The translations under genes were made by a program, and so were the position numbers. Below the pieces are notes generated by a model. The model was given only the letters and a program-made list of their open reading frames with translations. It was not told where the DNA came from and did not search any database. This document shows, one piece after another, positions 9,655 through 18,817 of a stretch of 64,000 nt of DNA (position 1 is the first letter of the stretch; each line of letters starts with the position of its first letter). Source of the DNA: a virus; IMG/VR virus record IMGVR_UViG_3300007513_000007, positions 116,577-180,576 of that record; one strand, written 5' to 3'.

Positions 9655-10554
9655 ATGACTGCCCCAAAACTGACAGAAGAAGAGGCTCGCGCTGAACTCC
9701 TGCGCCCCGCAACGGGGAAGTGTGTGGTGGTAGTAAAGGGCCGCAAAGTCCCCAGAGACACAACGGGAATAGTTTTTTGGGAGGGGGAAGGAGGTCTACA
9801 CAACCAAGGTGCTCGCATCGGATTCAAAGACGCAGCGGGAACTGCCCACTGGACCGCAGCCCACAACGTGGTGGTGGTGGTTCCAGGGTTCGACCCGACC
9901 ATCGCCTCCAATGACAAGCCCCCTGCGGGCCACACCTGGAACGAGCTTCTGCAAGCGCACACGCCTGAAGTGCCCTCCAAGGGTCAGCAGGTACGCATCA
10001 AAGAAACCTCCGAAGAGGGCGAAGTTTTTTGGGTGAAGGGTCATCGGCTTGGAGTCCGTGTGGGTTCAGGAAAAGACGATGTTCGTTGGGCTGACGCTTC
10101 CGAGGTGGAGGTTGTAAAGGATAAGCTCCAGATTCTTCAGGACTTCGCTAACGGCATCGGCACTCCCCCTCCCTTGGGCCAAGGGGTGTCTCCTCTGCCG
10201 CCCACCGTGGTGCCTGTGATCCCGCACCAGCCGCAACCCCCTTCTCCCCGCCCTACAGGACCGTCCAACTGGAATGGCGGGTTCGGTGTACCAGAGGTGG
10301 AGCCTCCAGAGGGCTGGCCTGCTCTCCCTTCCCCTTATTCCGAGATCCGTGAAGTACGGGTGTCTATCCGGGAAGACTCGGAAGGTATTTATGAGGGGGT
10401 GTATGAGGCATACGACGCCAATGGAGATTTTCTCCTCCTCATCACGGATGAGATCGCCTCCCTGCTGCAACGTCGGTACTACGTCGCTTGCTACAAAGTA
10501 GGCGGGGGAGGGCTGCTCCAGGAGTACACCACGTCCGTTGCTTCAGGTCGTTAG
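9655..10554 (+). CDS. Accessory protein (299 aa) with two SH3/KOW-like repeats, a Pro-rich linker and an acidic C-terminal domain
   Basis: SD GAGGT then ATG 9655 (the track start at 9604 is probably too early). Repeats GKCVVVVKGRKVPRDTTGIVFWEG...RIGFK...HWTAAHNVVVV and GQQVRIKETSEEGEVFWVKG.RLGVR...RWADASEVEVV. Confidence 0.8.
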   Translation: MTAPKLTEEEARAELLRPATGKCVVVVKGRKVPRDTTGIVFWEGEGGLHNQGARIGFKDAAGTAHWTAAHNVVVVVPGFDPTIASNDKPPAGHTWNELLQAHTPEVPSKGQQVRIKETSEEGEVFWVKGHRLGVRVGSGKDDVRWADASEVEVVKDKLQILQDFANGIGTPPPLGQGVSPLPPTVVPVIPHQPQPPSPRPTGPSNWNGGFGVPEVEPPEGWPALPSPYSEIREVRVSIREDSEGIYEGVYEAYDANGDFLLLITDEIASLLQRRYYVACYKVGGGGLLQEYTTSVASGR

Positions 10555-11189
10555 AACGTGATTCGCCAAGTGATGGTGAGCCGTGCCGTGCTGGGCTTGG
10601 AGATAACCCCAAAGGTCAGGTAGTTGATCAACACGTCGTAGTCACGCAAGTCCCGTGACAGTTCCCGTGCCGGGTAAATGTCCGGGTTGGGGTAAGTGAC
10701 CAGGGGATTGTCCGAACGGGTAGACATGATCCCCATTTCATTCAAAGGCCCTACCGCCTCTGCCTCATCGTAGGTGCAGGTGAAGTCCACAACATTGGTG
10801 GGGATTTCGGAAGCGCCGCCGTCAGCGTTCCTGAATGTAGTCGAACTCCACGCCTTCCTCTGAATCTCTGCGTTGAGGGAACGCTGATCTGGGCTTGGGG
10901 CGTCCGGGGAAAGCAATGACCCCAAAGCCCCCGTCCCAACAGCCAGCATATTCGCGCCGTTGTTAGGCTCTGAAGGGTCCTTGAAGTAGCGTGCGGCTTG
11001 GATTCCAGCGTCTGCCGTGATGACGTTGTTGTAGTGCTCGTCGTGGAGAACTTCCCCGGTAACGGAGTCCACCATCTTGACGAAGACTTCCCCTTTGGGG
11101 AGGGTCATCGCAGCAGCATGTTCGATGGAGAATCCCATGTTTACCCGACCTCGTGGAGATTGAAACCTGTCTTTCATCATTGAACTCAT
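10551..11189 (-). CDS. Tail-collar/baseplate fibre-connector-like protein (212 aa)
   Basis: Likely start MSSMMKDRF at 11189 after a GGAGG-rich RBS. Motif NVIT..G...AA..F...MLAVGTG...P...LNAEIQRK...VDFTCTYDEAEAVGPLNEMG...LINYLTFGVISKP...LTITWRITF resembles phage tail-collar fibre (DUF3751-like) proteins. Confidence 0.72.
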   Translation of the reverse strand: MSSMMKDRFQSPRGRVNMGFSIEHAAAMTLPKGEVFVKMVDSVTGEVLHDEHYNNVITADAGIQAARYFKDPSEPNNGANMLAVGTGALGSLLSPDAPSPDQRSLNAEIQRKAWSSTTFRNADGGASEIPTNVVDFTCTYDEAEAVGPLNEMGIMSTRSDNPLVTYPNPDIYPARELSRDLRDYDVLINYLTFGVISKPSTARLTITWRITF

Positions 11190-11293
11190 GCTGTCCTGCC
11201 TCCGTGTCCTCCACTCTACCGAAGGCCAGCGAGTACATGGTGTCGAACGTCTGGAGCCATAGCCAAACCATCGAAACAGGAAACTTGAGAAAA

Positions 11294-11326
11294 GGGGGTT
11301 CCCGTTGGACACCTCTCCCGTAAGGA
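11294..11326 (+). promoter_or_regulatory. Putative promoter, copy 2 of GGGGGTTCC-N17-GTA
   Basis: GGGGGTTCC 11294-11302, 17 nt spacer, GTAAGGA 11320-11326. No credible ORF follows. Confidence 0.5.
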
Positions 11327-11327
11327 G

Positions 11328-11570
11328 TTCATCGAGGGGAAGGCCGCTCAAACCAACAGGCCCTCTCCTCCCCCTCCAACTATGAGGACCAACTCGATGG
11401 ATTGTATTTAGGGGCTTTTGTCGCCATTGTCCCGACCCAAGGTGACCTCCGGTGTGCGAGGTAGGCCACACCCCTGACGCAGCGGCAGGCCGAAGAGGTC
11501 CGCTGAAACCCCCCACAACCCCAACAAGGACGAAGAAACCCCCCGCCCACAAAGGGTCGGGGGGTTTCCT
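11328..11570 (+). ncRNA. Candidate structured non-coding RNA (no known family recognised)
   Basis: Follows promoter copy 2. Nested stems 11328-11336/11393-11401 and 11337-11345/11359-11367, a three-way junction at 11444-11500, and a terminal 11 bp hairpin. Only a 9-codon ORF without SD. Confidence 0.35.
11535..11568. terminator. Intrinsic terminator-like hairpin, possibly bidirectional
   Basis: Perfect 11 bp inverted repeat GAAACCCCCCG / CGGGGGGTTTC, about 23 nt downstream of the stop of the holin-like gene; short U-tracts on both strands. Confidence 0.72.
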
Positions 11571-11591
11571 GTTGTGTCGAACTGGGAAGGG

Positions 11592-12125
11592 CTATTCAGA
11601 CTTGCCCTTGAGCATATGCTTGAACATAAGCTCCCAGCCACCGATTGCAACTACCCCCGCCAGGACACCCTGTACAAGTGCATCCATAAGGGCCACGCCA
11701 CTCGCGAGGCCGACACCCAAGGTGCTGGCCACTGCAAGGCCCATAGCCACCCAAGGAATCGCCTTGGCACCAACCTTGTCCTTCAAGCCGAACTTGTTGG
11801 CCAGCATGACAAGGAGCATCATCAGGAATCCCAGTGCAAGGGACCAGTCTTTGTCTTGGACCGCTTTGACAAGAAGGCTGATGTCATCGGCTGCTTCGTC
11901 CAGGGTCTCTGGAACAGCTTCGGCTTCCTCGGCCTTGTCGTCGCCGTCTTCTGCCTTCTCCTCTCCTTCAGAGGCAGCAGCATCTTCAGAAGCGGGTGCC
12001 GCCTCTTCCGCAGCCTCGGCTGCTTCCGCTGCTTCAGCAGCCTCGGCTGCTGGTTCCTCTGCAAAAGCAGTAGTGGGGACCGTCAAGCCGAACATCAGCA
12101 CGATCAGGGTTAGAAAATGTCGCAT
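11592..12125 (-). CDS. Holin-like membrane protein (177 aa) with signal-peptide-like N-terminus and Ala/Glu-rich linker
   Basis: SD GGAGGAAACAT-ATG at 12125. N-term MRHFLTLIVLMFGLTVPTTAFA|EE looks like a Sec signal with AxA site. Three hydrophobic segments end in GVLAGVVAIGGWELMFKH, resembling the G-x-x-A-x-G-x-[WY]-[ED] holin motif. Confidence 0.65.
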   Translation of the reverse strand: MRHFLTLIVLMFGLTVPTTAFAEEPAAEAAEAAEAAEAAEEAAPASEDAAASEGEEKAEDGDDKAEEAEAVPETLDEAADDISLLVKAVQDKDWSLALGFLMMLLVMLANKFGLKDKVGAKAIPWVAMGLAVASTLGVGLASGVALMDALVQGVLAGVVAIGGWELMFKHMLKGKSE

Positions 12126-12210
12126 ATGTTTCCTCCATGAAAAATGGTCAACCCGACTGGGATGATAGGGAAATAACCGTCGGTAGTTGAAAATGCACCT
12201 TGTAGGGCGC

Positions 12211-15200
12211 TTACGGGGCGCTTGCGGCCTCAATGGTGAATACCGTAACAGTGGGGCTGGGGAGGGGAAGCCCTCCAGACAGCACAAGCTGGTAACCATC
12301 CAACTGGGAACCGCCAGCCAACACAGACCTCTTGACGAGGGTTCCGGTGCGCGGGTTGGGTCGGAAAGCCACCTCGTTGCTCAACGTAAAGGTAAGGGAG
12401 CGGGACGAGGAGATGTTTACCTGATTGGTCGTGGGGAGTGTTTCCACTTGAGCGTGGCACAGGCCGAGGAAGCTATTGGCGGTGTCGTTGATCGCATCTC
12501 GAATGTTCGCCACTGTTTCAGCATCGGTAGCACCAATCTGGAACTCATCCGCTCCTGGAGCGCCTGCTGAAGCAGTAAGGGGAAGGCCGCCAATGGTGAT
12601 GGTGTCTCCCGCGAGGATAGAGGCGTTGTCCAAGACGATGACCTCTCCAAACCATGTCTTGGCTCCCCACGGTCCCAAGCGGGAGGTGCCCGTATCCGAC
12701 CCGTAGTCCACCAAACGTGCCACGCACTTCCCAACACCAAACGTGCCAGGGACGCCATCCGGGTTGTCCGTCACGGGGATCGGGTTGGTTGGAGGTACGT
12801 TGTCCCCCATCCAGCCTGGGTCGAAACTGTCTGTGCGAGGTGTCACGTCCTGCATGACAATGCGGAACTCTTGATTCAGGCCCATTCCTGGGGGCGGCTT
12901 TCCTGAAGGGCCTCTCGCATTGGGGTAAAGAACCGCTGTTCCGGGTCCAAGCACGCCGCCTTGAATCACGCCGCCTGAAGCAAGCAACACCGAAGACTGG
13001 TCGAAGTAGGTGGATGACTTCTTGAAGGTCGGGGAGGATTTACCCCAAGGACCTGCGGGACCCTCTGGCACTGTGAAGCTGTTGCCGTAGTCTGTTCCGT
13101 CAACCTCGATGCCTGCGAATCCTTGAGCGATTCCGGGACCATCGCACAGCGAGGAAATCCAGATGCTCTCCCCGTCCTCAACCTCACAGAAAGACATGTC
13201 CGTGTAGAGGGAGGTGGCCGTCTCCTTGAACTTCACCACCCGGTGAGGGTCGTTGGTGATGAGTGTTTCGGCGTCGTCCAGGACATCAAGAGGGTCGTTG
13301 ATCCGGGACCCAGCAAGAACTTCCCGGATTGATTCAGTATGTCGCCCCGTCGGTACAGGAGGCGTTCCTTCATTGAGGAGCGTGACTGACTGCTCTATCG
13401 GCTGCGAACAGAGGTATGTCTCCGTCACAGGCTGACTTGCAACAAAGGTGATGGTTACGGGATAGCTGGAAGAGGGAAGGGGAGCTACAAAAGTGATGGT
13501 CTGGGTTGCTTTGTCAAAGGCCCAGTCTGCTATGGGAATCACCACCCCATCCACCTGAACCACAAAGACCCGATCTGCCTGCATGGCGCTGGCACGGACG
13601 CTCACTGTGGTGTGCGAAGATGAGTTGATCGTCACTACTTCAGGGGTGGTGTCGTACAACCACTCGCCTGAAGTAAGGCGGTGATACCGATTCAGGATCA
13701 TGTTTTGAGGGGCAATCCCAAAACCGTCAGGGGCACCTCTCAAGCGGTAACGGACAGAACGCCATCTCTGCGACGTGATGGAATACGGGTTGATGGACCC
13801 CCACCGAATGGACCCCTTCTCCTTCTCCAAGGTGGGGATGTCCGGGGTCTCTACGGAGATCCAAGCCGCACTTGGATCAGTGGTTTCGGTAGCGAAGTCG
13901 CCCGTGTACCAAGGTGGAGGGGAAAGATCAGGCCGGTAAACGCAGACGCCCCACTCTGGGTCGTAGTACATCCGCGCCCGGATATAGTCCTGCTTCCAGT
14001 CCATAGGGACGATCTGGGCACTGGGATCCGTGTTTGCGACAGAGAGGGAGTCCAGGCGAGGAAGGCGGTAGCCATCGAGCTTGTCCGGGTCAGCCCCTAC
14101 GAGCAAACCAAGGGTACGAACGATAGCTCCGTTCGCCCCTGCGGCTGCTGTCACAAGAGTACGCAGCGGGACTACGCTGAAGGAATCCCACACCGAAAGG
14201 GAGGTTGCAGCCTCGATAACGCCGAACCTGCCGTAGAAGGTGTTCTGTTTATCGGAGGGCACCTCCAGGAAGGAGTCGAGGGGCGCTGATCCCTGGACCT
14301 CGTCGTCCACTACAAGCACAGCGATGTTAGCTGTGGGGTCGCACACCAGTCGGTAGTCATGGAACCGCTGGTCGTCCCATCCGACACTCCAAGCATCCAC
14401 AATCACAGAGGGGTCACCGGGGACCTCTGGCAGCTTGATTAGCCCCACCTTGCCGTCGGGGAGCCAATCCACTTGTATGTTGATCGCTGTCGTGGCACTG
14501 AAGGGGACGACCACCCCAAACGTGGGGCCAGCACGACCATCGGCTGCTTCAGAGGACCGGATCTTTATGCGAGCATCCGCAATCACCCCGTCCAAAAGAA
14601 GAGGGTCGCTTGAGGGCAGCGTTTTACCTTGAGACCAGAGGGAGCCGCCCACGCCGCCCTGGGAAACCACCAAGCGGTTCCCGAACACGGCCACCGTATT
14701 GGTATCCGTGTTGTTCCAGCTTGCGGGACTCCAGTTCGCATCAACGGGCTTCAGCAAACCGGACAGGCTGCAAGCGGGAAGGTTCAGCAGCTTCCTGTAT
14801 ACAGGCGTCCCATCGGATTCGGTGACGTTCTCCCCTTGGAGGTATGAGATGGTGCTAACTCTTGAAACACGTTCCGTATCCTCGATGATCAGCGAGGCGC
14901 TGGCAGAACCTTGGATGTGGCTTTCCACCTTGAAGGTGGCCTCCACCTCGGTCCTTGTCTTGGGCGTGAGGAACGGGACGGCCCTGTTGTACGAAAACGT
15001 GAGGTTATTCCCATGATTCAGGGCGTTAGTAGCCTGCGAGTTGGACTTCAACAGCAGTGTGTCCCCTGTTGAATCAACCTCCGCATAGCCAAACCCACCG
15101 GAGATGAACCAAGGAGTGGGGCCGGTTTGTGGAACTCGGTTCATCTCCGTGAGGACCGTGATTCCGTGGGATGTCTCGACAAGGTACTTGGGAATCACCG

Positions 15201-18033
15201 AGTAGTGGACCACCTCCCAAGCCGAGATATTAGTTGCCCTCCTCGACAAAGAACCCCAGAACACGGAGCCGTTCTCTGGCCCCTTTGGAATAGCTGGGAT
15301 CACAAGGGAAGTGGAAGCAGGGAACGCAGTCGCCACAACCTCGGAGACCAAAGTCCCTGACACAGAGCCGCCGATGGATACCGTTGTGACCCCTCCAGGG
15401 AAATCGGTCAACATCCGAACAGAGACAAGCTCCTCACCCCACGGGACATCGAAGAGAAGGTAAACGGTGTCGTTGCCGAACAGGTCCACCCGTGCGGGCA
15501 AGGATTCGTTCAGGACAAGGGTTATTGTCCCGTCCTCATTCAAGTAGGTCCCGCACGATGCGACTGTGTAAACCCCGGCTTGGGGACCCGTCGGAATACG
15601 AATCGCGCTTCCGGCTTTGACCCCGGAAAGGAGGGTGTTGTAGGGGAGCTTGATGGTGGTCGCGGTTGTGGCAATCCCGTCCAGGCCGGGGCCAACCTTC
15701 CAAGCGGATTCCAGATCGGGCCGTGCAGCGTTTTCGAGAAGCCCCAGCGACCGGACGCCGTCAACCTTGAGGAATCCCACAAAAGGCATCTTCAGGCCGT
15801 CATGGACCCCTATCCCCACACCCGAAAAGACCCCATCGTAGGTGCCGGTGTCTTTCAGTTGGACGCGAACGCTGTACTCAACAGCACACGCCAAGGACAA
15901 ATCGACGTTTCTCTCGTAAAGAGCGGGGGTGCCGTCCTTGTAGGTTCCAGATACAGCATCTACGAGGATGTAGTCGTCCTCATTCCCGACATATCCGGCG
16001 TCAGTCCCAGTGAGCGCCCAAGGAGCCGCTGAATCATCGGCGGGGGGCACCCTTCCGTGGTAGGTGACCACCTCCTCTTGAGAGGATGCTTTCATCCCCC
16101 CCACAGAAAGTTCGTGAGGGTTTTGGTTGGTCAAAAGGGTCGTTGGCTGGTTCAGAAGGGCAGAATAGCCCCCCAGTTGGAAACCCATGTACCGGTGGCC
16201 GATATGTTTCGGGCTTTTCTGGGGCTTCGGACCAAGGAGCGTCCCCATCGGGAAGCGGTGGTAGAGGGAGGCTCCCTTTGAAGATGCCGGAACAGGTGAG
16301 TGCGCTCCCGGCGTGTGTCCTACTGACCGGTCCCATTTGTTCAGGGTCAGACCTCTGGTGTTGAGGCCCTCCATCACCATTGGAGGGTTTGAGAACCAGA
16401 TGTAGTCGAGTTCAACCGACATGTCCCCCGGAGCCGCCAGCGGGATCGGAATGGTGGGGTAGATTTCGCCAACCCAAGGGTTTACGTCCCGAACCTCAAT
16501 CCCGACCCCATCCAACCGGACTTCAACATCATCCCGAGTCGCGGGGGTTGCATCACCCCACCCTCGAACCAACGGCCCTCGGGCTGTCTGAATCACGTCA
16601 CGGGTAAGAACAACGGATCCCAGGAAGGCGTCCTTCAGTTCATGGATAAAGTTCCAAGTCGAACTGAAAACGGTGGAGGAAGCACTAATCTCTACCTGCT
16701 TGACGACGAAAAGCTGGACTTCGTGAGGGGCCAGCAACAAAGCCTGTGCCCCTACGGGAATAGTCGTAGGAGTCACGGCCCCGATGGGGAAGGTGAGGAG
16801 AGGTACTCCGTTGAACAGGACCGAGTAGAAGCCCCCGTACTGATTCCTGACCAGGGTTAGGGTCTCGGCAGAGTTCGCCCCCCACTCCGCAGGAACAGTT
16901 CCCACAACCCCCAGAGGTGTCGAAATGTCGATCACCTTGGTGCCTGCGATGTCGCCCAACGTCAGGATGACCTGACGGCTTCCGTCATTCACCGTGAAGC
17001 TAAATAGGGACGACCCGGTAACCGGAGGGTGAATGTGGGCGCTTCCGCACTGGAAAACGATGTCTGCCCTGTAAGTGGTCCCGTCAATAAGCCTCCCAGA
17101 AGTGTCTCCAAAGGACCACCCGTAAGTGACCCCCACTGCCTTGCTCAAAACAAGCTGGTTGGACACGATCTCGGAGGTTCCAGTGCCGACCTCAACGCCG
17201 TCGAAGGACGTGGCTGCACTGGGAAGCTCTTTGCCCTGGTAGTCAAATGCTTCAGCAGGGCCAACCGTCAGGTCGTACTCCACCTTCGTCATCGGTGAGA
17301 CGTCGAGAAAGACCTTGCTTGGGAGAGCCGCTACCTGTTCTGCCGAATGGATGACCGGAGCCACGGGGTAGTCCCCCACAACAGAATACGAAGCGACCGC
17401 ATCCACTCCAGGAGAGAACGATGATTCAGGGAGGAGGGCCTGGGGCAGCCCTCTTGAATCAAAGAACTCCAGGAGAACAGTACGGCCATCGTCACCGGGA
17501 GGAGCCGGGATAAGAGCATTGACCGTGTACTTGTCTCCGTAAGCAGAGAAAGAAGCCGAGTTGGTCGGGGGCGGCCCGACGATATTTCCAGCCAAATCAC
17601 GAGGGCCGGTTGGGCCGGGGTCTACGGTGACGACGTAAAGACCGCCCAGTGTGGACCCGGTGTGGTAGACGATGACGGACGTGTAACCGTCGTGTGATCC
17701 AGGCGTTCCGGGAGACACCTGCACTACCGTGAGGGGAACCCCGTAAGTAGCGGTGAGGACGTAGTTGGCGGCGTCCGTAAGATGGCTGTCGTGAGCCATC
17801 TCCTCGCTGAAGAGAACCTCTACGGAATACCCGTCAATAGGGTTGGCCCCCGTCACCCGAGGAGGCGTGATGTCTACCGAACCATACGAGGAAAGACCGT
17901 AGGCGGCCCCGCCATAACCCCCACCCGGTGGGACCGGGAGCCTTGGGTGGGCTGCACTACCGTAGGGTGAGAATCCGTAGGCGTTGCCTCCGTACCCAAA
18001 TCCCCCCATCAATCCCGGTAGAAATACAGCCAC
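12211..18033 (-). CDS. Large virion structural protein (1940 aa), multi-domain beta-rich
   Basis: Long ORF with GTG start, duplicated GYGGxAYGxSxYGS at the N-terminus, Ig-like segment (PPRVTGANPIDGYSVEVLFSEEM), and a C-terminal domain shared with the 1129 aa protein. Confidence 0.8.
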   Translation of the reverse strand: MAVFLPGLMGGFGYGGNAYGFSPYGSAAHPRLPVPPGGGYGGAAYGLSSYGSVDITPPRVTGANPIDGYSVEVLFSEEMAHDSHLTDAANYVLTATYGVPLTVVQVSPGTPGSHDGYTSVIVYHTGSTLGGLYVVTVDPGPTGPRDLAGNIVGPPPTNSASFSAYGDKYTVNALIPAPPGDDGRTVLLEFFDSRGLPQALLPESSFSPGVDAVASYSVVGDYPVAPVIHSAEQVAALPSKVFLDVSPMTKVEYDLTVGPAEAFDYQGKELPSAATSFDGVEVGTGTSEIVSNQLVLSKAVGVTYGWSFGDTSGRLIDGTTYRADIVFQCGSAHIHPPVTGSSLFSFTVNDGSRQVILTLGDIAGTKVIDISTPLGVVGTVPAEWGANSAETLTLVRNQYGGFYSVLFNGVPLLTFPIGAVTPTTIPVGAQALLLAPHEVQLFVVKQVEISASSTVFSSTWNFIHELKDAFLGSVVLTRDVIQTARGPLVRGWGDATPATRDDVEVRLDGVGIEVRDVNPWVGEIYPTIPIPLAAPGDMSVELDYIWFSNPPMVMEGLNTRGLTLNKWDRSVGHTPGAHSPVPASSKGASLYHRFPMGTLLGPKPQKSPKHIGHRYMGFQLGGYSALLNQPTTLLTNQNPHELSVGGMKASSQEEVVTYHGRVPPADDSAAPWALTGTDAGYVGNEDDYILVDAVSGTYKDGTPALYERNVDLSLACAVEYSVRVQLKDTGTYDGVFSGVGIGVHDGLKMPFVGFLKVDGVRSLGLLENAARPDLESAWKVGPGLDGIATTATTIKLPYNTLLSGVKAGSAIRIPTGPQAGVYTVASCGTYLNEDGTITLVLNESLPARVDLFGNDTVYLLFDVPWGEELVSVRMLTDFPGGVTTVSIGGSVSGTLVSEVVATAFPASTSLVIPAIPKGPENGSVFWGSLSRRATNISAWEVVHYSVIPKYLVETSHGITVLTEMNRVPQTGPTPWFISGGFGYAEVDSTGDTLLLKSNSQATNALNHGNNLTFSYNRAVPFLTPKTRTEVEATFKVESHIQGSASASLIIEDTERVSRVSTISYLQGENVTESDGTPVYRKLLNLPACSLSGLLKPVDANWSPASWNNTDTNTVAVFGNRLVVSQGGVGGSLWSQGKTLPSSDPLLLDGVIADARIKIRSSEAADGRAGPTFGVVVPFSATTAINIQVDWLPDGKVGLIKLPEVPGDPSVIVDAWSVGWDDQRFHDYRLVCDPTANIAVLVVDDEVQGSAPLDSFLEVPSDKQNTFYGRFGVIEAATSLSVWDSFSVVPLRTLVTAAAGANGAIVRTLGLLVGADPDKLDGYRLPRLDSLSVANTDPSAQIVPMDWKQDYIRARMYYDPEWGVCVYRPDLSPPPWYTGDFATETTDPSAAWISVETPDIPTLEKEKGSIRWGSINPYSITSQRWRSVRYRLRGAPDGFGIAPQNMILNRYHRLTSGEWLYDTTPEVVTINSSSHTTVSVRASAMQADRVFVVQVDGVVIPIADWAFDKATQTITFVAPLPSSSYPVTITFVASQPVTETYLCSQPIEQSVTLLNEGTPPVPTGRHTESIREVLAGSRINDPLDVLDDAETLITNDPHRVVKFKETATSLYTDMSFCEVEDGESIWISSLCDGPGIAQGFAGIEVDGTDYGNSFTVPEGPAGPWGKSSPTFKKSSTYFDQSSVLLASGGVIQGGVLGPGTAVLYPNARGPSGKPPPGMGLNQEFRIVMQDVTPRTDSFDPGWMGDNVPPTNPIPVTDNPDGVPGTFGVGKCVARLVDYGSDTGTSRLGPWGAKTWFGEVIVLDNASILAGDTITIGGLPLTASAGAPGADEFQIGATDAETVANIRDAINDTANSFLGLCHAQVETLPTTNQVNISSSRSLTFTLSNEVAFRPNPRTGTLVKRSVLAGGSQLDGYQLVLSGGLPLPSPTVTVFTIEAASAP

Positions 18034-18046
18034 ACAGCCACCCTAC

Positions 18047-18805
18047 TTATGCGGGCACAAGAGCGCGTTGGTCTGTTCCAAAAGCGGCACTTCCGATAAG
18101 GATGGGTGTATCGCCGTTGCTGAAGGTCAAGTCCAGGACGAGGTTGGCGATGCCCATAGGCTTGAACACAGCAGTGGAGGGGTTGCCTGCACCAAAGAAG
18201 TTGGCGAGCTTTAGGGGTTGGGAAATGGTAACCCCGTTCTCGAAGCCGGAAAGACCCACGGCATTAGCCGGAAAGACCGTGCCTTCGCAGTCAACCATCT
18301 TCAGGGCAACAGTAGGGAAGCCCAGGCCCGTGTGGATTGCACCGATGTTGAACGTCCCGAACACTGGATCAGCCCCGAACCAAGTGACTTGAATATGGTT
18401 GAAGTCCACAACGAAAGGCCACACGATCCGAATACCGGCAGCACCATCCGGGGCGAGGAGCTTCACAATCTGCTCGCCCATGAGAGTGCCATCAGTCTCT
18501 TTGGTGGGCGACAGTGACTCTGTCACGTTGAAGGTGCCCGAGGTCACCTGCACCCAGGCATCCCGCGCCCCAACGGACGAGATATGAGGGGGTGCCAGCA
18601 TAGCCGTGGAACTTGCGTTCAGGCCCTTGCTGTCAGTCATCTTGAAGGACTGGTTACCTGCATCATCCGTCGATAGTGACAGCGTAGGGCGAAGCTGCCC
18701 TTTATTCTGGTAGTCCTTCGGAGTGACGCCTGTCTTGAAGGCAAGTTCGTCGTAAAGGATAACGGAGTTGTAGAAAGGGGAGCCGCAGCCGCCAAGGAGT
18801 GACAT
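18047..18805 (-). CDS. Hypothetical virion-associated protein (252 aa)
   Basis: SD GAGGTG-AACT-ATG; beta-rich composition; inside the fibre cassette. Confidence 0.75.
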   Translation of the reverse strand: MSLLGGCGSPFYNSVILYDELAFKTGVTPKDYQNKGQLRPTLSLSTDDAGNQSFKMTDSKGLNASSTAMLAPPHISSVGARDAWVQVTSGTFNVTESLSPTKETDGTLMGEQIVKLLAPDGAAGIRIVWPFVVDFNHIQVTWFGADPVFGTFNIGAIHTGLGFPTVALKMVDCEGTVFPANAVGLSGFENGVTISQPLKLANFFGAGNPSTAVFKPMGIANLVLDLTFSNGDTPILIGSAAFGTDQRALVPA

Positions 18806-18817
18806 AGTTCACCTCAT

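Noticed and set aside
11190-11215. Clustered GGA motifs (ACACGGA, CAGGA) in the leader of the 212 aa gene, resembling CsrA/RsmA sites
   Set aside because: Not distinguishable from a GGAGG-rich RBS region; the host's Csr system is unknown.
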